Shown in pieces: positions 41,689 through 52,947 of a DNA stretch of 64,000 bases. The notes below the pieces were generated by a model. It saw nothing but the letters and a program-made list of their open reading frames with translations. It was not told the DNA's origin and did no database searches. Position numbers and translations under genes: made by a program. Each line of letters opens with the position of its first letter. Positions within the stretch are counted from its first letter, which is position 1. This DNA comes from Candidatus Poribacteria bacterium (lineage in GTDB: Bacteria > Poribacteria > WGA-4E > WGA-3G): contig OZ219753.1 in assembly GCA_964291315.2 (NCBI GenBank), positions 2,080,001 through 2,144,000 on the forward strand, given 5' to 3'.

Positions 41689-41994
41689 ATGATTTACCTA
41701 GCAGTGTTTGCGTTCGGCGTAACTTTAGGATTGCCGATCGCTGTTATCTTTGCCTCAAGAGCACAAAGCAATGCGACCAGTACAGCTCTTGAGGGTATCG
41801 CACGTCAACCCGAATCTGCGCCGCAGATCCAAACCGCGATGATTATTGGTTTAGCGCTCATTGAATCGCTTGTTATTTACGCTCTCCTAATGTTCCTTAT
41901 GTTACAGGCAAAGCTTCCGGAAGGTGAAATGCTCAGAGAGATGATTGATGCAGACGCGAAACGAGTCGTAACAGATGTGAGAAACGGAAATTAA
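41689..41994 (+). CDS. atpE: F0 subunit c
   Basis: ARQPE loop, LALIESLVIY. Confidence 0.95.
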   Translation: MIYLAVFAFGVTLGLPIAVIFASRAQSNATSTALEGIARQPESAPQIQTAMIIGLALIESLVIYALLMFLMLQAKLPEGEMLREMIDADAKRVVTDVRNGN

Positions 41995-42010
41995 ATAACT
42001 TCTGAACTAA

Positions 42011-42136
42011 GTTATAGTTGTCAGCATGCCTGCTGCGCAGGCGTTCAGTTATCGGTCTTCGGTTATAGAGTAGTTTGTAGAATACATATAACACATAACC
42101 GCCTCCGGACTTTACTGGCAGCTGACAACTCATAAC
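42011..42136. repeat. long imperfect intergenic inverted repeat between atpE and atpF
   Basis: GTTATAGTTGTCAGC(A)TGCC ... GGCAGCTGACAACTCATAAC; inner CGGTTAT/ATAACCG. Confidence 0.6.
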
Positions 42137-42164
42137 CATTTCAAAAACAGAGTACAGCAAACTT

Positions 42165-42782
42165 ATGCAAAATGCCAAACGTCGTATTGTAAATTGTGCC
42201 CTATATGTGGGCTACGCGTTTTTAATGGTCATCTGCGTCGACAACGCATTTGCTGCTGAAGCACCTGCTGACGATTCAGGATTATTGGCTCTACTCGGGA
42301 TCGATCCGCAGACGATTATTATTCAAGTCATCGCTTTTTTGGTTGTACTTGCAATCCTTCGGAAGTATGTTTTCGGCAGGGTCGGTGGGCTTTTAGAGGA
42401 ACGCAGAACGGAAATCGTCACGCAATTAGATCAGTTGCGGACGGATCGCGAGGAGTTGGATCGTCTCACTGCAGAGACGCGCCGACGCCTAGCTGACATC
42501 GAGATGGAAGCACAAGCCAAAATCGAGTCTGCGGTTGAGCAAGGGAATACTGAACGGCAGCAAATCCTCACGCAAGCCCGGCAAGAAGCAGAGACTGAAG
42601 TTGCCAGAGCCAAATCAGAGATTCAACGTGAAAAAGAGGAAGCTATCTCGGAACTGCGAGGTGTTGTTGCCGAACTCGCGATTGATGCCGCTAGCACGAT
42701 TATAAGCACAGAGCTCAATGCCGAGAGGCATCAGCATATTATCGACACATCCATTAGTAAGCTGCCAGCCAGTCGTCTGTAG
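42165..42782 (+). CDS. atpF: F0 subunit b
   Basis: TM IIIQVIAFLVVLAILRKY, LEERR, long coiled coil. Confidence 0.93.
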   Translation: MQNAKRRIVNCALYVGYAFLMVICVDNAFAAEAPADDSGLLALLGIDPQTIIIQVIAFLVVLAILRKYVFGRVGGLLEERRTEIVTQLDQLRTDREELDRLTAETRRRLADIEMEAQAKIESAVEQGNTERQQILTQARQEAETEVARAKSEIQREKEEAISELRGVVAELAIDAASTIISTELNAERHQHIIDTSISKLPASRL

Positions 42783-42904
42783 CCGGGTCCCGGCATTCAG
42801 TAGTTGCTGCGGTGGCGGTTCCCTGCTTTTTACGTCACTGATGTCTGTTCCTGCTTGCTATCGACCGGCAGCCAATAACTATTGTGCAAAGGGGAAGACC
42901 AGCT

Positions 42905-43444
42905 ATGAGAGACATTCGGGTTGCAAAACCTTATGCTCGTGCCCTATACGGTGCAGCGTTGGAACAAAATGCCTTAGTAGAGATTGTCCGAGATATAGAC
43001 AAGCTGCGAGAATTAATTGATCAGTCTCAGGAGTTCGCTCGATTAATCACGAGCCCTATTTTGTCTCCAGAGTTTAAAAGTGAAACGTTCCAGCAGATTT
43101 TTGTCCGTGCGTTGCATCCGCTAACCGTTAATTTCCTCAAACTCCTTGCATCGAAGCAACGTGAACGCTATCTCACAGCAATAATAGATGTCTTTTCATC
43201 AATAGTTGATGAAGCTGCTGGTAGACGCGTCGCAAAAGTGACAACAGCTGTCCCGCTTACATCAGCACAAGAAGCACAGCTCATACAGCATCTAGGTGCA
43301 TACTCAGGAAAACAGATCCGCTTGGAAGCTACAACTGACCCAAAGATTCAGGGCGGATTTGTTGTCCAATTAGATGACACTGTTTTTGACGCTAGTCTTG
43401 CAACACAATTGCAGCGCTTGAAGCACCAACTTGCGGAAGGCTAA
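42905..43444 (+). CDS. atpH: F1 subunit delta
   Basis: VAKPYARAL, DPKIQGGFVV..DAS. Confidence 0.94.
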   Translation: MRDIRVAKPYARALYGAALEQNALVEIVRDIDKLRELIDQSQEFARLITSPILSPEFKSETFQQIFVRALHPLTVNFLKLLASKQRERYLTAIIDVFSSIVDEAAGRRVAKVTTAVPLTSAQEAQLIQHLGAYSGKQIRLEATTDPKIQGGFVVQLDDTVFDASLATQLQRLKHQLAEG

Positions 43445-43531
43445 CTCAATCGGGGCCGGAAGCGGTCTCACCGATTTTTGGAACGTAAAGCCGACCCAAA
43501 GACAAACGCAACTCCACAGAGGACTGAAAAC

Positions 43532-45055
43532 ATGGCAAGAGAAGTCCGACCGGACGAAATATCAAATATCCTTAAAGAACAACTGAAACAGTTCAAACAA
43601 GACGTAGATGTCTATGATTCAGGCACCGTGCTAGAAGTAGGTGATGGCATCGCGCGGGTACATGGACTAGCCAACGCTATGGCGAGCGAGATGATTGAAT
43701 TCCCGAATGACATCTACGGCATCGCATTTAACCTCGAAGAGGACAATGTCGGTTGCGTGCTGTTTGGCGAAGATCAGCTTATCCACGAAGGGGATACCGC
43801 CAAAAGAACAGGAAGACTCCCGGATGTCCCTGTCGGCGAAGCACTCCTCGGACGAACAGTCAACGCTCTAGGAGAACCGATTGATGGCTTAGGCCCCATT
43901 GAAACAAACGCTCGATTTGCGGTTGAGCGAAAGGGATTGGGCATTGTTCAGCGGCAACCAGTAAGCGAGCCCCTCTATACGGGCTTAAAAGCTATTGATA
44001 GTCTGACACCGATCGGGCGCGGTCAACGTGAACTCATCATCGGCGACCGGCGAACAGGTAAGACTGCTATTGCGATTGACACCATTCTGAACCAGAAGAA
44101 CACGGATGTCTATTGCATCTATGTCGCTATTGGGCAAAAAGGTTCAACCTTGGCCCAGGTTGCGAGTACGCTTCGCGAGCATAACGCGATGGAATATACG
44201 ACTATCGTTTCTGCTCCGGCAAGCGCACCGTCGCCGCTGCAATACATGGCACCGTACAGCGGGACCGCGATGGGTGAATATTTCAGAGACAACGGTAAAC
44301 ACGCCCTGATTATATACGATGATCTAACGAAACACGCTTGGGCATACCGCCAGATGTCGCTGCTTTCACGTAGACCTCCCGGCAGGGAAGCTTATCCGGG
44401 CGATGTATTTTACTTACATTCCCGTCTGTTAGAACGTGCTGCAAAACTCAGCGATGAATTGGACGGCGGTTCACTCACAGCGCTGCCAATCATCGAAATT
44501 TTTGAAGGGGATTTGACCACCTATATTCCTACAAATGTCATTTCTATTACTGATGGGCAGATATACCTAACAACCGACCTATTTAACCAAGGTGTGAGAC
44601 CTGCTATTGATGTCGGCACATCGGTTTCGCGTGTCGGTGGAGATGCCCAAGTTAAAGCTATGAAGTCAGATGAAGTGGCCGGGACGCTTAAGCTCGATTT
44701 GGCGAGTTTCCGAGAGGTTGCAGCCTTCGCCCAATTCGGATCGGATTTGGATGCCTCAACCCAATCTTTACTTTTACGTGGTACGCGCCTTGTTGAATTG
44801 CTGAAGCAACCGCAATACCAACCGATGCCTGTGGAACGCGAGATCGCTGCTATCTTCTGTGGAACTAATGGCTACCTGGATGATGTTCCAGAAACGGAAG
44901 TGGCGCGATTTGAATCGGAATTTCTGCAACATCTCGATAGGAACCATGCGGACCTACTCACAGAAATTGCGGAAACGGGGCAGTTAAATGATGAATTGCT
45001 TGAAACTTTACACACTGCAGTGAAAACGTTTAAAACGAATTGGACGACTTCATAA
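43532..45055 (+). CDS. atpA: F1 subunit alpha
   Basis: [34 protein letters not shown]. Confidence 0.98.
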   Translation: MAREVRPDEISNILKEQLKQFKQDVDVYDSGTVLEVGDGIARVHGLANAMASEMIEFPNDIYGIAFNLEEDNVGCVLFGEDQLIHEGDTAKRTGRLPDVPVGEALLGRTVNALGEPIDGLGPIETNARFAVERKGLGIVQRQPVSEPLYTGLKAIDSLTPIGRGQRELIIGDRRTGKTAIAIDTILNQKNTDVYCIYVAIGQKGSTLAQVASTLREHNAMEYTTIVSAPASAPSPLQYMAPYSGTAMGEYFRDNGKHALIIYDDLTKHAWAYRQMSLLSRRPPGREAYPGDVFYLHSRLLERAAKLSDELDGGSLTALPIIEIFEGDLTTYIPTNVISITDGQIYLTTDLFNQGVRPAIDVGTSVSRVGGDAQVKAMKSDEVAGTLKLDLASFREVAAFAQFGSDLDASTQSLLLRGTRLVELLKQPQYQPMPVEREIAAIFCGTNGYLDDVPETEVARFESEFLQHLDRNHADLLTEIAETGQLNDELLETLHTAVKTFKTNWTTS

Positions 45056-45093
45056 CGGACAGCGTAATTTTGTATTGGAGTTAGTACAGAGAA

Positions 45094-45972
45094 ATGGCAA
45101 CCTTACGAGAAATTCGACGACGCATCGCTAGTGTTCAAAACATTCAACAGGTTACTGATGCAATGCGTGTTGTTGCTGCTGCGCGACTCCGCCGTGCCCA
45201 AGAAAATATCAATGCAACACGTCCTTATGCGGAGAAGCTCAACGCTATTTTAGGTCATCTGATTTCGCAGGTAAATACCGAGAACGGCGCTTTGGCGCAC
45301 CCGCTGCTCGAAGAGAGAAAAATAGACTGTGTTTGTATCGTTTCCGTCTCTAGCGACCGCGGATTGTGCGGCAGTTTCAACAGCAACGTCATCCGGGCAA
45401 CGACACAACGTGTGCGACACTATCAAGAGGGCGGGGCAGAAGTGCAGCTTATTTGTATCGGTAGACGCACCCACGAACATTTTGCACGACGCAACTACGA
45501 CATCACCGATGCGTACACAAACATCTTCCGCCAGCTGGAATTCCAGACAGCTGTTGACGTTGTTCACGAGTTCGAACATCTCTATGTTGAAAAAACAATC
45601 GATAAAGTCGAGGTTATCTACAACAATTTCAAATCTGCCATTCTTCAGACAGTACTCGTTGAGCAGCTGCTCCCGTTAGTACCTGAGTTTCCTGAAGGAG
45701 ATACACGTTTCTTAGATTATATTTACGAACCAGGCCAATTGGAGCTCTTTGAAATGTTACTCAGCAGGCATCTGAACATGCAAATATGGAAGGTACTTCT
45801 GGATTCAAATGCGGCGGAACAAGCAGCGCGAATGGCAGCAATGGAGAACGCTACGCAAAAAGCGAAAGAACTGATCGACGAGTTAATTCTTCAACGCAAT
45901 AGGGCACGTCAGACACAGATTACAACAGAAATCTCCGAAATTGTAAGTGGCGCAGCCGCACTGGAGGGTTAG
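45094..45972 (+). CDS. atpG: F1 subunit gamma
   Basis: DRGLCGSFN, ARMAAM, RQTQITTEISEI. Confidence 0.97.
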   Translation: MATLREIRRRIASVQNIQQVTDAMRVVAAARLRRAQENINATRPYAEKLNAILGHLISQVNTENGALAHPLLEERKIDCVCIVSVSSDRGLCGSFNSNVIRATTQRVRHYQEGGAEVQLICIGRRTHEHFARRNYDITDAYTNIFRQLEFQTAVDVVHEFEHLYVEKTIDKVEVIYNNFKSAILQTVLVEQLLPLVPEFPEGDTRFLDYIYEPGQLELFEMLLSRHLNMQIWKVLLDSNAAEQAARMAAMENATQKAKELIDELILQRNRARQTQITTEISEIVSGAAALEG

Positions 45973-46018
45973 TAAAGGGTACTTGCCTTGCGAAACAAAA
46001 ACCGGGAGGTCGTAGAAA

Positions 46019-46513
46019 ATGTCAATCAACGTTAATGAACAAATTGAAGAGGCAATGGAACGCGGGGAATTCAGTAATTTGTCTGGTAAAGGCAAGCCTC
46101 TCAAATTGGATACGAATCCTTTCTTGACTCCACAAGCACGGATGACGAATCGACTCTTGAAAGAGAATGGGTTCGCGCCTCGGTGGGTCGAATTGGAAAA
46201 AGAGATTCGGCGGGAGAAGGTGCTGCTTGAAAAACGCCTCACGAACTTGAAAGCCCGTGGAGAACGATTGGCTGTACTCATACAGCGACACCCGGATCGA
46301 CAGCGAAACATCGGTCGGAGTTTTGAAGATGAAAGGGCTCATGGTATTGAACAGTACAGCAAAAATCTTGATAAGTTGAATCGGAAAATCGAGCGTGTGA
46401 ATCTTCTGATGCCGACTCGCAATCGGCAATACGCGCTCATCAATAAAGAAACTGCACTACTCCGTTTTCAGGAAATGTGTCCAAGTCTTTTAACGAAGGT
46501 GTATACCGATTAA
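46019..46513 (+). CDS. DUF1992 (DnaJC28 conserved domain-like) protein
   Basis: EQIEEAMERGEFSNLSGKGKPL...LLKENGFAPRWVEL signature; GGGAGG RBS. Confidence 0.85.
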   Translation: MSINVNEQIEEAMERGEFSNLSGKGKPLKLDTNPFLTPQARMTNRLLKENGFAPRWVELEKEIRREKVLLEKRLTNLKARGERLAVLIQRHPDRQRNIGRSFEDERAHGIEQYSKNLDKLNRKIERVNLLMPTRNRQYALINKETALLRFQEMCPSLLTKVYTD

Positions 46514-46614
46514 CAGATACGTCAAATATTTGCTGCATGGCACGCTCAGACCAATGAGAGAGCACGTTATATTTGATTGATATGCAATAAACCGATTCGC
46601 GTTATTCAACCTAA

Positions 46615-48036
<1,422 letters not shown>

Positions 48037-48231
48037 TTTTCTAAACTACTATTCAATTGTGGCACTTCTCCACTAAGTTTCGCGGGGATTTTCAGTTAAG
48101 TCTAACTGCCTTTGGGTTATAAAAGGTAGTGGATCTGGAATAGAAGCATACGTCTCTGCAGCCAAGTTGGGGTTTATCAAACGGCATCGTGAGACGAAGT
48201 GCGACGATGCTCAGAGACACAGAATTAAAAT

Positions 48232-48639
48232 ATGCTAAATAAAAGTTTTCATGTTGAGATACGGACACCAGAGCAATTGGTTTATGAAGGCGATGTGACG
48301 AGCATTCGTGCACCAGGGATAGAAGGTAACTTTGAGATTCTGGCGGGACATCTCCCTTTTCTAACCGCGCTGGACATCGGCGAGATCCGGATCCGTGAAT
48401 CTGAGTCACCACAGTTAATGGCAATAAGTGGTGGGGTCTTTGAAGTACTCCGCGTAGGCGTTACTGCATTGGTAGAGACAGCAGAATGGGCATCGGAGAT
48501 CGATGTGAAACGTGCTGAAAAAGCCCGGGACCGTGCGCAAGCCGCACTTGCGGCAAATGCCCCAGATATGAATCGTCCGCAAGTAGATGCGGCATTTGCC
48601 CGGGCAAGAAACCGCATCAAGGTTGCTGGTAATGTATAA
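48232..48639 (+). CDS. atpC: F1 subunit epsilon
   Basis: TPEQ, GNFEILAGH, C-terminal helical hairpin. Confidence 0.95.
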   Translation: MLNKSFHVEIRTPEQLVYEGDVTSIRAPGIEGNFEILAGHLPFLTALDIGEIRIRESESPQLMAISGGVFEVLRVGVTALVETAEWASEIDVKRAEKARDRAQAALAANAPDMNRPQVDAAFARARNRIKVAGNV

Positions 48640-48645
48640 AAACAC

Positions 48646-49524
48646 TTATTCGGAGCGATGTCCCGCGTAGCCGCGTGGGGTTTCAAAAGCGTCTGTCCAC
48701 AGATCACACCACTCTTGGTGATTGGAGAGAACAGATTCGGGATTCTTTCGACTTCGCACAATAAAGTCGGGATGCGCTGTTCTTCCGGTGTGTTGTCCGG
48801 TGGGTTGATAACGTAAGTCTAATGACCACCGGCATCGGTCGGATATGTTCGGTTGTGACCGGTGCGGTGTGAAACGACTTAACAAGATGATGTCGCCGTG
48901 GTAACACTCGAGTATGAGTGGTTCAATATCCGGCATCAATTCTGGAACAATCATCGTTCCCCCCTCTTTCTGATGGCGGAGATAGCCTTCCTCTGTAATT
49001 CCGGGCAGCGCCTGAAGGCAACCCATTTCTACTGTGCTATCGCCTAGCGGAAGCCAACATGTGACGATGTTTGAGCCTTCGGCTTCCTGCATCATGACCC
49101 CCGCATCCTGATGCCAAGGCACTCCGCCCGCCCAGCTTGCTTTTCCATCTACGACTGGCGGCTTCGCCCGAAGATGCTGAATCGGGTTACAAGTAATCTC
49201 AGGTCCAACGATCCCTTCGATAACATCTAAAAGGTTGTCATTTTTCAAGAACTCAAAGATCGCTTTACCGCGGTAGTGCATGATATCCAGACCCCGTGCC
49301 ATCTCCCCGGATTGCACCAATAATTTTCCAAACCGGCGGTCGAAAGATTCGTTTTCGTAGAGGTTTTCGATGGCATTTTCCTGTTTTAGGGCAAGGGCAC
49401 GTTCTGCAATCCAATCCGAAATTTCATCAATCACCGGTTGTAGGTCTTCATCAGTCAATGCATTTTTGACTACGAGAACGCCTTGTGTCCAAAAGGTTTC
49501 ACACTGCTCTGGCGTGAGTTTCAT
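48646..49524 (-). CDS. phytanoyl-CoA dioxygenase (PhyH) family Fe/2OG oxygenase
   Basis: PWHQD (HxD), PHRSQPN, RWSLDLRY. Confidence 0.9.
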   Translation of the reverse strand: MKLTPEQCETFWTQGVLVVKNALTDEDLQPVIDEISDWIAERALALKQENAIENLYENESFDRRFGKLLVQSGEMARGLDIMHYRGKAIFEFLKNDNLLDVIEGIVGPEITCNPIQHLRAKPPVVDGKASWAGGVPWHQDAGVMMQEAEGSNIVTCWLPLGDSTVEMGCLQALPGITEEGYLRHQKEGGTMIVPELMPDIEPLILECYHGDIILLSRFTPHRSQPNISDRCRWSLDLRYQPTGQHTGRTAHPDFIVRSRKNPESVLSNHQEWCDLWTDAFETPRGYAGHRSE

Positions 49525-49998
49525 AAAGCAATATCTCCATTCTCATGAGTTTGCAAGATAAATTTGTCTTTGTCTTACGCTGTCCTCTATAAAAAGTTAT
49601 GTCCATATCATAACATAACGAGGAAACATCAACAAGAAGTATTACAGAATTGGAAGCGAATGGATTGTCTCGGGCCCCAAACGTCAGAGTTATCTTACAA
49701 GAAGAAGGGGTAGAACCCCGCGCGAGACTTTCTGCCTACAGTCAACAGAGCTAGAGATCAAAAAATCCGACTACTCCTATTACGTCCAGACTTTCTGATA
49801 ACACAAACTGTGGATTTGTGGTTACTTTCTTTTCTTTCTTGCTCTCATTTTTTCATTTCTATTGAAGGAGTCCAAGGATGTACAACCAAATGTCAAACCT
49901 ATGAGAGGGCGTAAAGGGTTTCTCCTCGCGCCCTACAATGCAACGGCTACTGCCGCCCACCTAAGACTGAAATTTTCGATTTATTTCACAGACAGCGG

Positions 49999-51357
49999 TT
50001 AAACGGGCCATCTATTCTGAAATTCTTTTACCATTGCTTCAGGGGCACCGTGTTGTGCTATGAAGTCCAAAAATGCTTGATAGAGTCGACGCGCCTCTTC
50101 TGTATCCGCTTCAAACCGATTCTGCACTTGTTCTGGATCGGAGGGTAAATGGAACAACTGCTTCGGAGCTCCTTGGTTCTCTAAAAGCAAGGACCAAGTG
50201 CCGTCAGTGACGCTGCCGTGTGGGCTTCCGCCATCAGGGCTCCATCCACCTACCCAAGCCCCGTGTGTAATTGCATACTCCCGTCCGGTGTCAGTGTCTC
50301 CCATGATGATCTGGAGGATACTTTCTCCTTCTAGCTGCTCCCCACGTTCTGCCCCGAATACATCGACGACAGTAGCAGCAATATCGGCAATGCTAGTGAG
50401 GGCATCTGTATGACGGGGCGTTGCATCTGGATGATACACGAGCAGGGGGATATGGATGATCTCCTCATACATGGTAAGATTCTTAGCGAGGAGTCCGTGT
50501 TCACCCAATAGGAAACCGTGATCCGCCATGAAGATTATCATCGTATTTTCCATCAACCCCATGTAGTCAACTTTTCGCAAAAGCTGCCCGATCCAATTAT
50601 CAACGAGCGAGGCTTCGGCGCGATAGAGCGCGTTGAGGCGCTCCGTCTCACGCGCATTCATCGAATTGGGGCCGTAAGGTGGATAGATCGGTTCTGGTCC
50701 ATCGTAATCGCTTGAATCGAAACGCTCTAGATACCATTCGGGGGCATCCCATGGCTCGTGCGGATCGAAGGTATCCACCATGAGGTAAAAGTTTTGATGC
50801 TGATAGTTTCGTTCCAGCCAATCACAAGCGGTCTGCATAGTTTGGGCCACAAAGGTATCGGCTTCCGTCTGTCGAAAAGAGGTGTTTTTGATGTGATTCC
50901 CGAGTCCGGGAGGTAATCTGTTCGGATGTGTTCGGGTATACGTGCGATACTGCAGCGCCCTTTTCGATTCATAATCGTAGGGTTGTGTCTCCAAACAGTC
51001 GCCTTCTTGCCCGCGAATCCATTTCCACCCGGTAAACCCGCGATTGTAAAAGAAGCCGTTGTTGATATGATGCGGTGTATCTGCAATCATCATACTAACG
51101 ACTCCGGCATTGGTTAAGACATCAGCAATCACAGGGACATCTCTTTTGAGAGGTTCCCACCCGCGTCGACAAATACCGACTTGCCCTGTTACGAGTTCAC
51201 CCCGGATCGGTACAGTCGGAAAACTACAGACATACGCCTTATCAAACACGACACATTTTTCGGCAAAAGCATTCAGTGATGGTGTGTATCCTTTGCCTCC
51301 ATAAATTGCAAGGTTGTCGCGTCGAAATGTATCTGAAATAATGTGGATAATATTCAT
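49999..51357 (-). CDS. sulfatase / alkaline phosphatase superfamily hydrolase
   Basis: ISDTFRRD, FDPHEPW, ADHG..LGEHG; nucleophile motif reads TVPIR. Confidence 0.88.
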   Translation of the reverse strand: MNIIHIISDTFRRDNLAIYGGKGYTPSLNAFAEKCVVFDKAYVCSFPTVPIRGELVTGQVGICRRGWEPLKRDVPVIADVLTNAGVVSMMIADTPHHINNGFFYNRGFTGWKWIRGQEGDCLETQPYDYESKRALQYRTYTRTHPNRLPPGLGNHIKNTSFRQTEADTFVAQTMQTACDWLERNYQHQNFYLMVDTFDPHEPWDAPEWYLERFDSSDYDGPEPIYPPYGPNSMNARETERLNALYRAEASLVDNWIGQLLRKVDYMGLMENTMIIFMADHGFLLGEHGLLAKNLTMYEEIIHIPLLVYHPDATPRHTDALTSIADIAATVVDVFGAERGEQLEGESILQIIMGDTDTGREYAITHGAWVGGWSPDGGSPHGSVTDGTWSLLLENQGAPKQLFHLPSDPEQVQNRFEADTEEARRLYQAFLDFIAQHGAPEAMVKEFQNRWPV

Positions 51358-51490
51358 AGGAATTTCTTGCTCCGTTAGTCGAAAACAGCATACAGAATTG
51401 AAGTACGGACTCCTATTTCGCTACAATTCATTTCTACCGGTATTATACCTCGTTTTCAGTTTCTGATGTCGAAAATTTAGAATGCGCTTG

Positions 51491-52867
51491 CTAGTCAACA
51501 TTAAGAGGTTTCTCACGGTTGGCTATTTGCACAACAGCGGGTAAGAGTCCATAAATACCCCAGAAGGGGACACCAATAGCGTCACCGTTCAAGAGGTTAT
51601 TCACAATAAAATGTACCATCAATGACAATTCAGCTGCCATTAATCCAATAACGGTAGCTCGATAAAAGCTGTCACTTATTGTTCGAAGTGCTCGGAATCC
51701 GTAGCGTAAGAAAGCAACATTGAGCCATATCCATACCCCTAACCCGACAATCCCCAATTCTGCGATAACTTGCAGGTACTCGCTATGTGCCCCGAGTTGG
51801 TACTGTGCCGTATAGCTCCCGACAAGTGCTACATCTTCTTCGTAAAGCATCGCAAACGCCCCGTAGCCTTTACCCAAAACCGGGTTTTCGAGAAACATTG
51901 TTAGTGCTTGAGCCCATCGCAAGAGCCGCGCGCGATTTGACGCATAGGAAATATCAACAGCAGACGTAATTCTTTCAACAATAATGTTGTGGACCCCGGG
52001 TAGGTTCAGACACACGAATAAGATAAAACATGCAGCACCTATAAACAGAATTTTTCTATGCGTAACGCCTCTGCCGAGTTGAACCAGCATGAAGCCAACT
52101 GCAACGACGACAGAAAGCCATACCCCACGTGAAAAACACATAAGGAGTCCGATGAAAAAACAGACAAACCACGCTGTCCATAGTTCTCTATCGTAGGCTC
52201 CATCGTCAAACAAGAGACGACTGAGACAGATAAGAAAAAAGAGAGCTGTGAAGGAACCGTAAACCGAGTAATTTGTAAATGGTGTGCTGCGGTATGCACT
52301 TGTCCATTGCCAAGCATCAATACGGTAGATGAGAACAATCACTGTCCAGATAACTGCGACCACTGCAGACGGAAAGCTAGCAATAAAAACCCGTTTCAGA
52401 GCAGCCCTGTTACGGATAACAGCATGCACTATCACGCTAAATAACATGTAAACTGTAGCGCGGAGTGCTCCTTTGAGGGTGACAAAAATATCTGGTGTAT
52501 TGATTACGGAAAGGAATGTAAGGAAGATATAACAGTAGACGGGGGCAAAAAAGGGAAATTTGTCTTCGGACTTAGGTTTCCGAAGTGCCAGGTTAATTAT
52601 TTTTTGTACACCGTAAACCGCAGCAAGCATTCCTAATATAGGTTCTGTAGGTGTTTGGATCTCAAAGCTCCCGGGGACAATATAACGAAATGAAAACGGC
52701 AGGGCGATCAGTAGAAGGTAGACGGCTATCTCCATGCCGACGAAGACAAAGACAGCGGTTGCAACCAGCAGGCTCAGAAATGGAAGGCGTGTCTCTGCGT
52801 AAGCGCCGATAATACTGCCGAACACGAGAAAGATAACAATAGGGATAACGCGTTTGACATACTTCAA
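51491..52867 (-). CDS. O-antigen ligase/polymerase (Wzy_C/WaaL) family membrane protein
   Basis: FSRGVW, R..RW, P.LGKGYG.F, AHSEYLQ..AELG.VG. Confidence 0.88.
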   Translation of the reverse strand: MKYVKRVIPIVIFLVFGSIIGAYAETRLPFLSLLVATAVFVFVGMEIAVYLLLIALPFSFRYIVPGSFEIQTPTEPILGMLAAVYGVQKIINLALRKPKSEDKFPFFAPVYCYIFLTFLSVINTPDIFVTLKGALRATVYMLFSVIVHAVIRNRAALKRVFIASFPSAVVAVIWTVIVLIYRIDAWQWTSAYRSTPFTNYSVYGSFTALFFLICLSRLLFDDGAYDRELWTAWFVCFFIGLLMCFSRGVWLSVVVAVGFMLVQLGRGVTHRKILFIGAACFILFVCLNLPGVHNIIVERITSAVDISYASNRARLLRWAQALTMFLENPVLGKGYGAFAMLYEEDVALVGSYTAQYQLGAHSEYLQVIAELGIVGLGVWIWLNVAFLRYGFRALRTISDSFYRATVIGLMAAELSLMVHFIVNNLLNGDAIGVPFWGIYGLLPAVVQIANREKPLNVD

Positions 52868-52947
52868 GGATATCCGTGGAATGATTATCGGTTCTCAGCT
52901 AAGAGGAGTCGTTAGCAGATGTCTCTTCACACCGATTTTACCGCTTA

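Noticed and set aside
49890-49945. REP-like GGGCG...CGCCCTAC element
   Set aside because: Single degenerate copy and no RAYT transposase in the window
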